64,000 nucleotides of DNA from contig JBFLWF010000006.1 in the NCBI GenBank assembly GCA_040758355.1, positions 45,157-109,156 on the forward strand, read 5' to 3'. Source of the DNA: Nitrospirota bacterium. GTDB taxonomy: Bacteria > Nitrospirota > Thermodesulfovibrionia > Thermodesulfovibrionales > Dissulfurispiraceae. The translations under genes and the position numbers were made by a program. This document shows, in pieces, positions 9,275-19,707 of this stretch. Under the pieces are notes generated by a model, which saw only the letters and a list, made by a program, of their open reading frames with translations, was not told the DNA's origin and ran no database searches. Numbering within the stretch: the first letter of the stretch is position 1; each line of letters begins with the position of its first letter.

Positions 9275-9787
9275 ATGAAAAGGATTTTATATATATCGGC
9301 TGTTTTATGCATTGTCTTATTCTCTTGCGCCACAGGCAATTATCTGAAGACAGAAGGTGCAAAGGATGCGGATATCAAAGGTTCTTTCACCCTCATACTT
9401 TACGGCAGCAGGCATTTAAATGATATTGAGACCATAGCAATTCTTGACATTGAAGGAGACAGCTACAGCTTTGAGCCGTATGCACCTGAATTTGACTATA
9501 AGATAAAAAAGGGTATTCCTGCTAAAGAGGCACTGGAGGAAGCAGAGAGGTTTGTAAGCTGGCACAGCTCATTCCATTACTCACAATTAAGCAGGATTCT
9601 TGATGATAAAGGCAATGTCATCGGGTATGAGATTAGACCGCTTTACCGGCCTCTTGCCTTTGGTGCTTCGGATGTCCTCGATGTCGATTACAGGATTAAA
9701 GACAGCAGGGTAATCGTGAGAATAAGGCTCAAGCCGCAGATCGAAAGGATGCTCTTTGACGGAGACAAATCAAAAGAGGATAATTAG
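9275..9787 (+). CDS. Hypothetical lipoprotein
   Basis: Signal peptide with LFSC lipobox; TTGCTG-17-TATTAT promoter 6 nt before the ATG. Confidence 0.7.
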   Translation: MKRILYISAVLCIVLFSCATGNYLKTEGAKDADIKGSFTLILYGSRHLNDIETIAILDIEGDSYSFEPYAPEFDYKIKKGIPAKEALEEAERFVSWHSSFHYSQLSRILDDKGNVIGYEIRPLYRPLAFGASDVLDVDYRIKDSRVIVRIRLKPQIERMLFDGDKSKEDN

Positions 9788-10015
9788 TTATATCCAAAAC
9801 ATAGCTATTCACTCCAGAGACCTATCCGTATCGCTGGATTTATTATACTGTCTGAAAAAAGTATACATCTCTTTGCCATATGCGTTTAATGGCTTATTTT
9901 CAAGGTTTTCAGGCGATTTTTCGATTAAAAGATGGCATCCTGCGGTGTATTAAAAAAATATACACTTTTTTGTGTCAGTGAGTGTAAAATAGTGGTTAAT
10001 GCCGATTTTTATTTC

Positions 10016-10031
10016 TGGCATCGATATTGCA
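10016..10031 (+). promoter_or_regulatory. sigma54 -24/-12 promoter
   Basis: TGGCATCGATATTGCA (GG-N10-GC); candidate TGT-N13-ACA enhancer sites at 9849-9867 and 9946-9964. Confidence 0.8.
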
Positions 10032-10065
10032 CAGTATCTAATTACAATTTTAGGAAGGGGGCGTT

Positions 10066-10830
10066 ATGGAGAAACAGCGGATATTGGTCGTTGACGATGA
10101 CCCTGTGATATGCCTGAGCTGTAAAAGGATACTGGGTGCAGAGGGTTTTTCGGTATTTACTGTAGAGGATGGGGAAAGCGCAATCGAGAAGGTCTCGAAG
10201 GAAGAGTTCGATCTGGTTATAACAGACATCAGGCTTCCTGATGTGTACGGGCTTACGGTTGTGCAGGAAACAAAGACCGTACAGCCGAAGGCGGATGTCG
10301 TTGTTGTTACAGGCTATCCCTCCCTCGAGGATGCAAAGGAGTCCATAAGGCTTGGCGCATTTGAATACCTCGAAAAGCCTTTTACGCCTGACTTTATGAT
10401 GAATGTCGCAAGGAAGGTCTTTGACAAAAGGGGCTGGATACTGAGAAAGGCATACATCGACCAGTTCAGGAATTATGTTGTACCTGCATCAGAGATGGAC
10501 AACCTAACAATTTATTATAAGGACGGCACATGGGCACGGCCTACGAAGGATGGAGGATGGGAAATAGGGGTTGATGTAAGGCACTTCCTTGTGAGCGGTC
10601 AACTGCTTTATGTGGACATGCTGATGGATATTAAGGCAGTTGCTGCAGGAGAGCCCTTTGCAAGGCTGCTTTCAGGCGAAGGGAATATCTATGACATAAA
10701 GGCCCCGATGACGGGAGTGGTGCAGGCTACCAACGGCCATGCCAATGACGCCATATGTTCTCTTTTAAAGGACCATCTGTGCGAAGGATGGTTTTTATGG
10801 CTTATTAAGATTAATCCAATAACTGCATAA
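10066..10830 (+). CDS. Receiver domain fused to a glycine-cleavage-H-like domain
   Basis: N-terminal REC (VVDDD, TDI, KPF); C-terminal YYKDGTWAR...IGVD...APMTGVV...N...EGW resembles GcvH. Confidence 0.75.
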   Translation: MEKQRILVVDDDPVICLSCKRILGAEGFSVFTVEDGESAIEKVSKEEFDLVITDIRLPDVYGLTVVQETKTVQPKADVVVVTGYPSLEDAKESIRLGAFEYLEKPFTPDFMMNVARKVFDKRGWILRKAYIDQFRNYVVPASEMDNLTIYYKDGTWARPTKDGGWEIGVDVRHFLVSGQLLYVDMLMDIKAVAAGEPFARLLSGEGNIYDIKAPMTGVVQATNGHANDAICSLLKDHLCEGWFLWLIKINPITA

Positions 10831-10842
10831 GGAGGATAAGGG

Positions 10843-11703
10843 ATGAAGGGGAATATCCTTGTGGTTGATGACGAACAGATTGTCCTGAGGAGCTGCGAGA
10901 GGATACTATCGCCTGAGGGATACGGAGTTGACACAGCAACATCTGCAAAAGACGCCCTGTCTCTGCTCGATAGGAATCTATACGACCTCATAATTACTGA
11001 TATCAAGATGCCTGAGATGGACGGCATAGAGTTTATGAGACAGGCGAGGGCAAAGAACCCTGATATAAACATAGTGGTGATAACAGGCTACCCGTCGCAG
11101 GAAAGCATCAGGGAGGCATTGAGCTTGAGGATAATAGATTATCTGCCGAAGCCTTTCTCTCCCACCCATCTCATTGAGGTAACGAACAATGCTGTTGAAC
11201 TAAAGAAAAAAGGCGTTGCACCCGAGCCTCAGGTCGAGGTTTATACCGAAGATGTGGCTGCAAAATTAGATGAAATCATAAATAAATATAAACACAAGCC
11301 GGGAAGCCTTATCCCCGTTCTTCAGGAGTCACAGGAGCTTGTGGGGTATCTGCCGCCTGTTGTACAGAGGCATATATCAAAGGGATTGAGAATACCTGTA
11401 AGCGAGGTGCATGGAGTCGTATCCTTCTATTCATTCTTTACAATGAAGCCCAAAGGCAAGCACAACATCAGGGTATGCCTCGGAACCGCATGCTATGTCA
11501 AGGGCGCTGAAGAGATAGTCAAGAAGTTCAGCGATGGACTTAAGGTTGATGTGGGCGGAATAACAACAGACAAGAAGTTCTCGCTCGAGACAGTGAGATG
11601 TCTCGGTGCATGCGGGCTTGCGCCTGTCGTTGTTGTGGATAAGGACACCCATGGCTCTGTCAACCCTGTAAAGACGCTGGATCTCTTGAAGGAATATGAA
11701 TGA
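10843..11703 (+). CDS. Receiver domain fused to a NuoE/HydC-type [2Fe-2S] subunit
   Basis: REC followed by VCLGTAC...CLGACGLAP. Confidence 0.9.
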   Translation: MKGNILVVDDEQIVLRSCERILSPEGYGVDTATSAKDALSLLDRNLYDLIITDIKMPEMDGIEFMRQARAKNPDINIVVITGYPSQESIREALSLRIIDYLPKPFSPTHLIEVTNNAVELKKKGVAPEPQVEVYTEDVAAKLDEIINKYKHKPGSLIPVLQESQELVGYLPPVVQRHISKGLRIPVSEVHGVVSFYSFFTMKPKGKHNIRVCLGTACYVKGAEEIVKKFSDGLKVDVGGITTDKKFSLETVRCLGACGLAPVVVVDKDTHGSVNPVKTLDLLKEYE

Positions 11704-11792
11704 TAAGTAAGTGAGTAAATAAGTGAATGAAACTTAATAACTCAATTTCTTAATTTCTTAATAACTTATTGTTTAAAAAAACGGAGGAATAT

Positions 11793-12176
11793 ATGCCCAG
11801 ATTAACGGTTGATGATTTAAAAAAGATCAAGGAAGATTATAAGGCATCCCTCACATTAAGGGAGGGAGGCTACAGGGCGAAGATAACTGTTCACATGGGT
11901 ACATGCGGGATTGCTGCTGGTGCGCGAAAGGTGATGGAGGCGCTCCTCGATGAGATAAATAAAGGCAATGTGAAGGATGTGATTGTGACAACATCCGGAT
12001 GCGCAGGGCTTTGCAGCAAGGAGCCCATGGCAACAGTTGAGATAATAAACGAGGCGCCTGTGAAATATGTCTATCTCAACGAAGATAAGATAAAGAAGAT
12101 ATTCAAAGAGCACGTAATGGAAGGAAATGCGGTTCAAGACTACGCCCTTGTCGTGGGCAGCGAAACAGCATATTAG
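11793..12176 (+). CDS. Thioredoxin-like [2Fe-2S] ferredoxin (HndB/HydD-like)
   Basis: HMGTCGIAAGA...SGCAGLCSKEP; ATG after GGAGG. Confidence 0.85.
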   Translation: MPRLTVDDLKKIKEDYKASLTLREGGYRAKITVHMGTCGIAAGARKVMEALLDEINKGNVKDVIVTTSGCAGLCSKEPMATVEIINEAPVKYVYLNEDKIKKIFKEHVMEGNAVQDYALVVGSETAY

Positions 12177-12184
12177 GAGGAGAG

Positions 12185-14071
12185 ATGGAAAGGTATCGTG
12201 CGAGTGTTATGTTGTGCGGAGGCACCGGCTGCATAGCCGGAGGCAGTCTGAAGGTAAAGAATGCCCTTGACGAAGAACTCAAAAACAGGGGGCTTCAGAA
12301 TGAAATAAATGTTGTCCTTACAGGTTGCAACGGGTTCTGTGCGCAGGGCCCTGTTATGACTGTTTATCCGGAAGATATATTTTATGAAAAGGTCACTGTA
12401 AGAGACATCCCTCTTATTGTTGAAGAGCACTTCATAAAGGGAAGGCCTGTTGAGAGGCTCATGTATAAGGAGCCTGCTAAGAAGCAGACAATACCTTTAA
12501 TGAGGGATATACCGTTCTTCAGCCTCCAGGTTCTCAGGGCATTAAGGAACAAAGGTCTTGTAGACCCCGAAAAGATAGAGGAGTATATTGCACGTGATGG
12601 GTATCATGCTGCTGCAAAGGTGTTAACAGAGATGACCTCTGAGCAGGTAATAGAAGAGATTAAGAAGTCAGGACTCAGGGGCAGGGGAGGCGCTGGATTC
12701 CCTACAGGCTTGAAGTGGGAGTTCTGTTCGAAGGTAAAGGGAGACCAGAAGTATATCCTTTGCAATGGCGACGAAGGAGACCCGGGTGCATTCATGGACA
12801 GGAGCATTATGGAGGCAGATCCCCATGTTGTCCTTGAGGGCATGATTATCGGAGCAAGGGCGATAGGTGCGAATAAAGGCTACATATACGTGAGGGCAGA
12901 GTATCCCCTCGCGGTGCATAGGCTTCAGCTTGCCATAAAGCAGGCAAAGGAATACGGCCTCCTTGGAGAAAATATTTTAGGTGCCGGCTTTAACCTCGAC
13001 ATCGAGATATATCAGGGCGCAGGCGCATTTGTGTGCGGCGAGGAGACAGCACTGATGAGGTCAATAGAAGGAAAGAGGGGAATGCCGAGGCCGAGACCAC
13101 CGTTCCCTGCACAGAAGGGACTCTGGGACAAGCCCTCTGTGCTCAACAATGTCGAGACATATGCAAACATCCCCCAGATAATATTGAACGGAGGAGAGTG
13201 GTACAGGAGCCTCGGTACAGAGAAGTCAACAGGCACAAAGGTCTTTGCATTGAGCGGCGCCATAAACAACATAGGTCTTATAGAAGTTCCCATGGGAATT
13301 CCTCTTAGAAAGATAATATACGATATCGGCGGCGGGATACCAAAAGGCAGGAAGTTCAAGGCAGTTCAGCTCGGAGGCCCGTCAGGCGGATGCATTCCGG
13401 AGCATCTCCTCGATACTCCTGTAACATACGAAGACATTGTCCAGACCGGCGCAATCGTCGGTTCAGGCGGTATGGTTGTCATGAATGACCTCAACTGCAT
13501 GGTGAGCGTTGCAAAGTTCTTTCTCGAATTTACCGCAGAAGAGTCATGCGGAAAATGCCCTCCGTGCAGGATCGGCACAACGGTCATGCTCGATATGTTG
13601 ACGAACATAACAGAGGGCATGGGCAAGGAGGGAGATATAGAGCTCCTTGGAGACATGTCTCGGGATATAATAGCAACATCCCTCTGCGGATTGGGCCAGA
13701 CAGCGCCGAACCCTGTCCTGACAACAATAAAATATTTCAGGGACGAGTACGAGTCCCACATAAACGAAAAATGGTGCAAGACCGGCGTATGCAAAGAACT
13801 CTGCACATTCTACATAGATGAAGAAAAATGCAAGGCATGCGGCGCATGCAAGAGGGTCTGCCCCCAGAACGCAATCTCAGGCGAAAAGAAGGTCCCGCAC
13901 CGCATCGATCAGTCCATATGCATACAATGCCGCTCATGCTATGAGGCATGCAAGTTCGATTCTGTGAAGATAGGACCGAGGAGTTACAGAGAGATCCTGA
14001 AAGAGAATATGCCTGCACAGGAAATTCTAAGAGAAATGCATATGGCTGTGCTTGCCGGAAAAGAAGAATAA
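12185..14071 (+). CDS. NuoF/HydB-type FMN/NADH subunit with N-terminal [2Fe-2S] and C-terminal 2[4Fe-4S]
   Basis: GRGGAGFPTG, NGDEGDPGAFMDR, CGEETAL, ESCGKCPPCR, terminal CxxCxxCxxxCP. Confidence 0.92.
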   Translation: MERYRASVMLCGGTGCIAGGSLKVKNALDEELKNRGLQNEINVVLTGCNGFCAQGPVMTVYPEDIFYEKVTVRDIPLIVEEHFIKGRPVERLMYKEPAKKQTIPLMRDIPFFSLQVLRALRNKGLVDPEKIEEYIARDGYHAAAKVLTEMTSEQVIEEIKKSGLRGRGGAGFPTGLKWEFCSKVKGDQKYILCNGDEGDPGAFMDRSIMEADPHVVLEGMIIGARAIGANKGYIYVRAEYPLAVHRLQLAIKQAKEYGLLGENILGAGFNLDIEIYQGAGAFVCGEETALMRSIEGKRGMPRPRPPFPAQKGLWDKPSVLNNVETYANIPQIILNGGEWYRSLGTEKSTGTKVFALSGAINNIGLIEVPMGIPLRKIIYDIGGGIPKGRKFKAVQLGGPSGGCIPEHLLDTPVTYEDIVQTGAIVGSGGMVVMNDLNCMVSVAKFFLEFTAEESCGKCPPCRIGTTVMLDMLTNITEGMGKEGDIELLGDMSRDIIATSLCGLGQTAPNPVLTTIKYFRDEYESHINEKWCKTGVCKELCTFYIDEEKCKACGACKRVCPQNAISGEKKVPHRIDQSICIQCRSCYEACKFDSVKIGPRSYREILKENMPAQEILREMHMAVLAGKEE

Positions 14072-14086
14072 AAGGAGGAATAAGAT

Positions 14087-16543
14087 ATGCCAATAGAGCT
14101 TACAATAAACGGAAAGAGTATAAAGGTTGAGCCAGGGACGACCATTCTTCAGGCAGCACAGAAAAACGGCATTTATATACCCAATATGTGCTATGACAAG
14201 AGACTCAAGCCTTACGGCGGATGCAGGCTCTGCATTGTGGAGGTTGAAGGGCAGCCGAGGCTCTTTGCTGCATGCTCAACCCCTGTTACAGAGGGCATGG
14301 CAGTACAAACAGAGACGCCAAAGCTTGCAAAGGCGAGGAAGCTTGTCCTTGAGCTCCTTCTTGTTCACCATCCACTTGACTGCCCCATATGCGACAAGGC
14401 AGGGGAGTGCGACCTTCAGGACCTTGCCTTTAAATACGGTCCTTCCCAGAGCAGGTTTGTGGCTGAAAGAAAGCATGACCCGGAAAGGATCGATGCACCC
14501 ATTGTTGAGAGGAATCCGAACAGGTGCATCCTCTGCGGAAAGTGCGTGAGGGTCTGTGCAGAGCATCAGGGAGTGGGCGCGATAAACATAATAGGCAGGG
14601 GGTTTAAGTCAAAGATAAGCCCTGCCTTTGAGGAGACCCTCAACTGCGAGTTCTGCGGCCAGTGCATAGACGCATGCCCTGTTGGAGCCCTCGGTGCAAA
14701 GCCTTACAGGTTCCGCTCAAGGGTGTGGTATATGGACGAATACGAGACCATATGCCCTTATTGCGGATGCGGTTGTACGACGAATGTGAGCATGAGGGAA
14801 GGAAGGATAATAAGGGCAAGGGGCAAAGAGGACGTAGGAATAAACGAAGGGAATCTCTGCAGCAAGGGCAGGTTCGGGTTCGATTACATATATTCGGAAA
14901 ACAGGCTCACAACCCCAATGATTAAAAAGGACGGGAAACTGTCGCCTGCATCATGGGAAGAGGCCCTTGAGCATGTGGCAAAGAGGCTTGAGTCCATAAA
15001 GGAACAGTACGGGCCATCTGTCATCGGAGCAATCGGCTCCCAGAGATGCACCATGGAAGACAACTATATGCTCCAGAGATTCATGAGGGATGTTATTGGC
15101 ACGGATAATATAGATTCTGCAGCACGATTCGGCTATGCAAAGGCGCAGAGGGCAATGGAAAAGGCATTCGGCACGGACTTCCTGCCCATAAAATGGGATG
15201 CCCCCCTTAATACAGATTTCATGCTGGTTGTGGAGTCGGATATAACATCCACACTTCCGGTGTGGGGATTGAATTTCATCAAGGCGAGGAATGACGGTGC
15301 AACGCTGATCGTCGCAGATACAAAGGAGACAAAGCTTGCGAGGAACAGCACACAGTGGTTAAGGATACGGCCTGGTTCAGGCACGGTGCTTTTAAATGGT
15401 GTCGCCAAGGTCATAATAGACAAAGGTTTGTATGACAAGGATAAGGCTTCTTCAATAAAGAATTTTGATGCCCTTGTGAGCAGCCTGAAGGAGTTTACGC
15501 CATCGGCAGTCTCCAAGATTACAGGCATACCCGAAAACGAGATATTAAGCCTTGCGCAGTCTTATGCCTCTTCCAAGAAGCGGCTTGTGGCATTGACATC
15601 AAATGCATCGGAAAATACAAAGAGCATAAACACACTCCTTGCCGCTTCAAACCTCGTACTCCTCATGGGCGACGGACCGGATGCCATACAGATACCTGCC
15701 GAGTTTTCGAATACCCTCGGAATGTGGATGGTAGGAGTCAGACCCCTTGCTGACGGAAAGGATGTCCACGAGATGCTTTATGAGACAGGCACTATAAAGG
15801 CCCTTTACATAATGGGAGAAAACCCCCTCGTAACCTTCCAGGATGTGTCAAAGGTTGAAAGGACCCTGAAGGGCCTTGAATTGCTTATAGTGCAGGATAT
15901 ATTCCTTACAGAGACTGCGAAGCTTGCAGATGTTGTCCTTCCTGCATGCAGTTGGTCAGAAAAGGAAGGGACATTTATGGCAGCCACAGGCAATATCCAG
16001 AAAATACCGAAACTGATATCAGAGACAGGACAGTCTATCCCGGACTGGAAGGTGTTCAGAAACCTTGCGAGGGTAATGAACAAAGACCTCGGGTTGAAGG
16101 GACTCATGGATATAAGGGCATTAATTGCAGACATGGTTATCACGGGTGAGACAAGGGAGGTTCATCCTTCATTCAACCCTGTTTCTTACGAGGTCATGGA
16201 GAGCGTAAGCGATGAGTATCCCATGTTCCTTGTCACTGCAAATATCCTCCAGCACTCAGGGGCACTCTCTGTCCTCTCCAAAAACCTTGACTCTGTTGTA
16301 TCCGATGCATACCTGCAGATAAATACAAAGGATGCGAAGAAACACAATATACATGATGATGCCTTTGTAAAGGTCAGATCAAAGAGGGGAGAGGTTTATC
16401 TGAAGGCAATGCTTTCCGAAGAGGTGCCTGAAGGTACGGTTTTTGCGCCCACGCATTTTGCACATGCAAAGGTTAATACCCTGACCTATCCTTCTCTGAA
16501 CGGAGGCCTGCCGCTTGTGGCAGTAAAGATAGAGGCAGCATAG
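14087..16543 (+). CDS. NuoG/FdhA-like FeS molybdopterin-fold subunit, apparently lacking the Mo ligand
   Basis: HPLDCPICDKAGECDLQD, 2[4Fe-4S], CPYCGCGC; active-site segment reads DSAARFGY. Confidence 0.85.
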   Translation: MPIELTINGKSIKVEPGTTILQAAQKNGIYIPNMCYDKRLKPYGGCRLCIVEVEGQPRLFAACSTPVTEGMAVQTETPKLAKARKLVLELLLVHHPLDCPICDKAGECDLQDLAFKYGPSQSRFVAERKHDPERIDAPIVERNPNRCILCGKCVRVCAEHQGVGAINIIGRGFKSKISPAFEETLNCEFCGQCIDACPVGALGAKPYRFRSRVWYMDEYETICPYCGCGCTTNVSMREGRIIRARGKEDVGINEGNLCSKGRFGFDYIYSENRLTTPMIKKDGKLSPASWEEALEHVAKRLESIKEQYGPSVIGAIGSQRCTMEDNYMLQRFMRDVIGTDNIDSAARFGYAKAQRAMEKAFGTDFLPIKWDAPLNTDFMLVVESDITSTLPVWGLNFIKARNDGATLIVADTKETKLARNSTQWLRIRPGSGTVLLNGVAKVIIDKGLYDKDKASSIKNFDALVSSLKEFTPSAVSKITGIPENEILSLAQSYASSKKRLVALTSNASENTKSINTLLAASNLVLLMGDGPDAIQIPAEFSNTLGMWMVGVRPLADGKDVHEMLYETGTIKALYIMGENPLVTFQDVSKVERTLKGLELLIVQDIFLTETAKLADVVLPACSWSEKEGTFMAATGNIQKIPKLISETGQSIPDWKVFRNLARVMNKDLGLKGLMDIRALIADMVITGETREVHPSFNPVSYEVMESVSDEYPMFLVTANILQHSGALSVLSKNLDSVVSDAYLQINTKDAKKHNIHDDAFVKVRSKRGEVYLKAMLSEEVPEGTVFAPTHFAHAKVNTLTYPSLNGGLPLVAVKIEAA

Positions 16544-16709
16544 TTAGAAAATTGGAGTATTGGAGTGTTGGAGTATTGGGAAAAACATCACTCCATCACT
16601 CCAGTTCTTTTTACTCCATTACTCCATTCTTGAATGCATTCAAAACAAAAAAACTTATATTCCTATTAACCAGCAGTAAAAAAATAATTTCTTGATATAT
16701 AATAATAAA

Positions 16710-18263
16710 ATGTTTCGAAACATTTATCTCGATATTCTCAATAATATCTCCGACGGCGTCTATTACATCAACAGCGACAGGAAGATAGAGTACTGGAATA
16801 AGGGCGCAGAAATCCTTACAGGATATTCCTCTGAAGAGGTCAAGGGGAGAATTTGTGATGAGGTACTTTCATTCGAGGACGAATCCGGGGCCAAGCTGCC
16901 TGTCTATGAATATCCAGCGATTCTCTGTTTGCAGTCATCCAGAACACATGTTAAGAGCCTGTTCCTTGTAGATAAGAATAAAGAAAAGATATATATAGAG
17001 GAGCAGGCATCCCCTGTCTTGCGGGGAGGGAAAATAATCGGCGCTGTCTGTGTCTTAAGGGACAATATGCGGGTATTTCCTGCTGTTGAGGCGCATATAA
17101 AGAGCCAGAGAAGGGAAAGGCTGGTTCCCATATGCGCATGGTGCAAGAAGATAAAGATAAGCGAGAACTCATGGGAGCAGATAGAGAAGCACCTTACAGA
17201 CGAGGGGTTCGGGGTATTCACACACGGCATGTGCCCTGATTGCGCAGACAAGATATTCGAAAAGAAGGTCTATCTCGAGAGCTATCAGAATATCTGCAAG
17301 GCAATAAGTGCAAGCCTGTCCCTTAATGAGGTGTTGAACCTTATCGTGACCAATGCCGTGAAGGTAATGAATGTGAAGGCGAGCATGCTCAGGCTTTTAA
17401 ACAAGGAGACACAGAAGCTGGAAGTGGCTGCCTATTATGGACTGAGTGAAAGGTATGTAAATAAAGGCCCTGTTGATTACGACAAGAGCATTGCAGATGC
17501 CATGGAGGGCAAGGCTGTATCTATTTATGACATCACCTCTGATTCGGATGCGCGATACCGCAGAGATGCAGAGCAAGAGGGGATAAGGAGCATACTGTCG
17601 ATTCCTGTCAAGTTTAAGAAAGAGGTGATCGGGGTTTTAAGGATGTATACTGCCGAGCCTGTAAAGTATAAAGATGAAGACTTGAAATTTATGGCAGCAA
17701 TAGCAGAGCAGGCAGCCATCGCAATAGTGAATGCAAGGACATTCGAGACCACCGTGTCCCGTGCAAGGGAATATCTCAGGGTGTTTGAAGAGGTGACAAA
17801 GGCGGTGAGCTCTACATTAAGGCTGAATGAGGTGCTTAATCTCATAGTCAAGAAACTGCCCGAGGTAATGAACCTCAAGGCTGCTACTATAAGATTGCTC
17901 GATGCTACCGGCCAGAAGCTGGAATTGGCAGCAGCCTATGGACTTAGCGAGAAATACCTCGGTAGGGGGCCTGTCGATACAGAGGAAAATGTAAGGGAGG
18001 CTCTCCAGACAAGGCCTGTTGCCATATACGATGTAACAACCGACCAGAGGATTAATTACCAGAAAGAGGCCATGGAAGAAGGGATAAAGAGCATACTTAC
18101 CCTTCCAATAATTGCAAAGGACAAGGTAATAGGGGTTTTGAGGCTCCTTACAGACATGCCGCGCCATTTTACAGAAGAGGATATTGCATTTTCAGCATCT
18201 CTGGCAGAGGTGTGCGGCACTGCAATCGAGAATGCAAAGATGTATGAGCAACTCTCCCGGTAA
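16710..18263 (+). CDS. PAS + Cys-motif + tandem GAF protein
   Basis: YWNKGAEILTGYS (PAS), ICAWCKKI...THGMCPDC, two homologous GAF repeats. Confidence 0.8.
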   Translation: MFRNIYLDILNNISDGVYYINSDRKIEYWNKGAEILTGYSSEEVKGRICDEVLSFEDESGAKLPVYEYPAILCLQSSRTHVKSLFLVDKNKEKIYIEEQASPVLRGGKIIGAVCVLRDNMRVFPAVEAHIKSQRRERLVPICAWCKKIKISENSWEQIEKHLTDEGFGVFTHGMCPDCADKIFEKKVYLESYQNICKAISASLSLNEVLNLIVTNAVKVMNVKASMLRLLNKETQKLEVAAYYGLSERYVNKGPVDYDKSIADAMEGKAVSIYDITSDSDARYRRDAEQEGIRSILSIPVKFKKEVIGVLRMYTAEPVKYKDEDLKFMAAIAEQAAIAIVNARTFETTVSRAREYLRVFEEVTKAVSSTLRLNEVLNLIVKKLPEVMNLKAATIRLLDATGQKLELAAAYGLSEKYLGRGPVDTEENVREALQTRPVAIYDVTTDQRINYQKEAMEEGIKSILTLPIIAKDKVIGVLRLLTDMPRHFTEEDIAFSASLAEVCGTAIENAKMYEQLSR

Positions 18264-18368
18264 ATCAGCAAATGAGTATATGGGTAAATGTGTATCTGAT
18301 GTCAGAGCATTTTTAAAAATCTTTTACACCCATTTACTCATAAACCCATTCACTCATTTACTAATACA

Positions 18369-19130
18369 ATGGAAGCTTTTATAAAGCGAAGGATATATAA
18401 GAGCGCCAGCGACTCTCTCGAAGAGAGGGAAGACCTTATAGCTATTGAAAAGAGGCTAAAGGTTTCTGTAAACGGCAAAGAGGTCTTGAGCCTCTACTGC
18501 ACGCCGCTTATGATAAGGGAACTTGTTGTCGGCATGTTCATGACCGAGGATATCATCAAAGGCAAATGGTGTGCAGAGAGGATGTCCATAGAGTACGGGG
18601 AAGATGTCCTGGTAGACATCCCTGCCGAGGGAGAGGCCTCCACTGACGGTGCTGTAATCACATCAGGATGCATCGGCGGCATAACATTTCCAAAGAGATT
18701 GTCCCTGCAAAAAATAGATGACCGGTTTCAGATAAAGATGTCTGCATTGAAAGAGTTGTTCAGGAGATTCCAGAATGCCTCCGAGCTTTATAAAATAACA
18801 GGATGTGTGCACAGCGCAGGACTCAGCGACGGCAATGAAATCTTTTGCCTCGCAGAGGATATCGGAAGGCACAATGCAGTTGATAAGGTTATAGGCTATG
18901 CAATCCTTGAGAATATCCCATTCGAAGGCAAGATAATGCTCGCAAGCGGAAGATTGTCTTCAGAGATTGTATCAAAGTGCGCAAAGTGGGGAATACCCAT
19001 GGTTGCGAGCAGGACATCCCCTACAAGCCTTGCAGTGGACATTGCTGAAAAAAGCGGCGTAACTGTCGTCGGCTTCATAAGGGCCGACAGGCTGAACGTC
19101 TATACAAATCCACAGAGGGTGATAAGTTAG
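18369..19130 (+). CDS. fdhD: Formate dehydrogenase accessory sulfurtransferase
   Basis: TGCVHSA, EDIGRHNAVDK, SGRLS. Confidence 0.93.
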   Translation: MEAFIKRRIYKSASDSLEEREDLIAIEKRLKVSVNGKEVLSLYCTPLMIRELVVGMFMTEDIIKGKWCAERMSIEYGEDVLVDIPAEGEASTDGAVITSGCIGGITFPKRLSLQKIDDRFQIKMSALKELFRRFQNASELYKITGCVHSAGLSDGNEIFCLAEDIGRHNAVDKVIGYAILENIPFEGKIMLASGRLSSEIVSKCAKWGIPMVASRTSPTSLAVDIAEKSGVTVVGFIRADRLNVYTNPQRVIS

Positions 19131-19353
19131 CAGTAGCCAGACGCTTTACATCCAACGCTGCACAAGCTGATATTTTGGTAGAAATTTCTTTCCTCTCAAA
19201 AATATTGTTTGCCAACTTACTATCTGATATAATGCCATTAAAATTAAATGCAGGATACGCTTAAAAATAAATGTTAGGGGGCAAATAACAGTAAGGAGGA
19301 GGCATCCGATATTTTGTTCCATTTCAGCTTTCTGCCTTAATCATAAAAACGTA

Positions 19354-19707
19354 TCACCGGAATTCTTGCAGCCATTTAAAAGAGTTTTTCAAATCATCTG
19401 GTGTAGCGGTTTCCAGTAAATTAATGAGCAAGCGTATCATTTCAGGCATATCTATTACTTTTGATACGACAATGCCTGCATGTTCTTTTTCTGAAAAGAA
19501 ATATGCTCTTGCAAGAGGTGCATAATGGCGGGAGTTGAAAGAAATTATAACCCTATTTGTTTTACTGGCAAACTCTATCTGTTCTTTGTCTGACTTGCTA
19601 AGCATTCCTTCTTCGTGGGCGCTGACAACATCATATCCCCGACTTCTTAAAACTCTGGCGATGGCAGGAGAGATATCTTCATCAAGGTAGAGCTTTATTT
19701 TGCCCAC
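19354..19707 (-). CDS. DUF5615 PIN-like toxin
   Basis: LYLDEDI...LRSRGYDV...SDKEQ...HAGIV. Confidence 0.85.
   Translation of the reverse strand: MGKIKLYLDEDISPAIARVLRSRGYDVVSAHEEGMLSKSDKEQIEFASKTNRVIISFNSRHYAPLARAYFFSEKEHAGIVVSKVIDMPEMIRLLINLLETATPDDLKNSFKWLQEFR

Noticed and set aside
9933..9949. Second sigma54 site TGGCATCCTGCGGTGTA
   Set aside because: Lacks the -12 GC at the required spacing; at most a decayed duplicate of 10016
15100..15140. Selenocysteine formate dehydrogenase
   Set aside because: No in-frame TGA; the ligand position is Gly
19150..19279. Possible attC (ATCCAAC ... GTTAGGG) next to the DUF433/DUF5615 pair
   Set aside because: No L boxes or convincing hairpin between the putative R boxes
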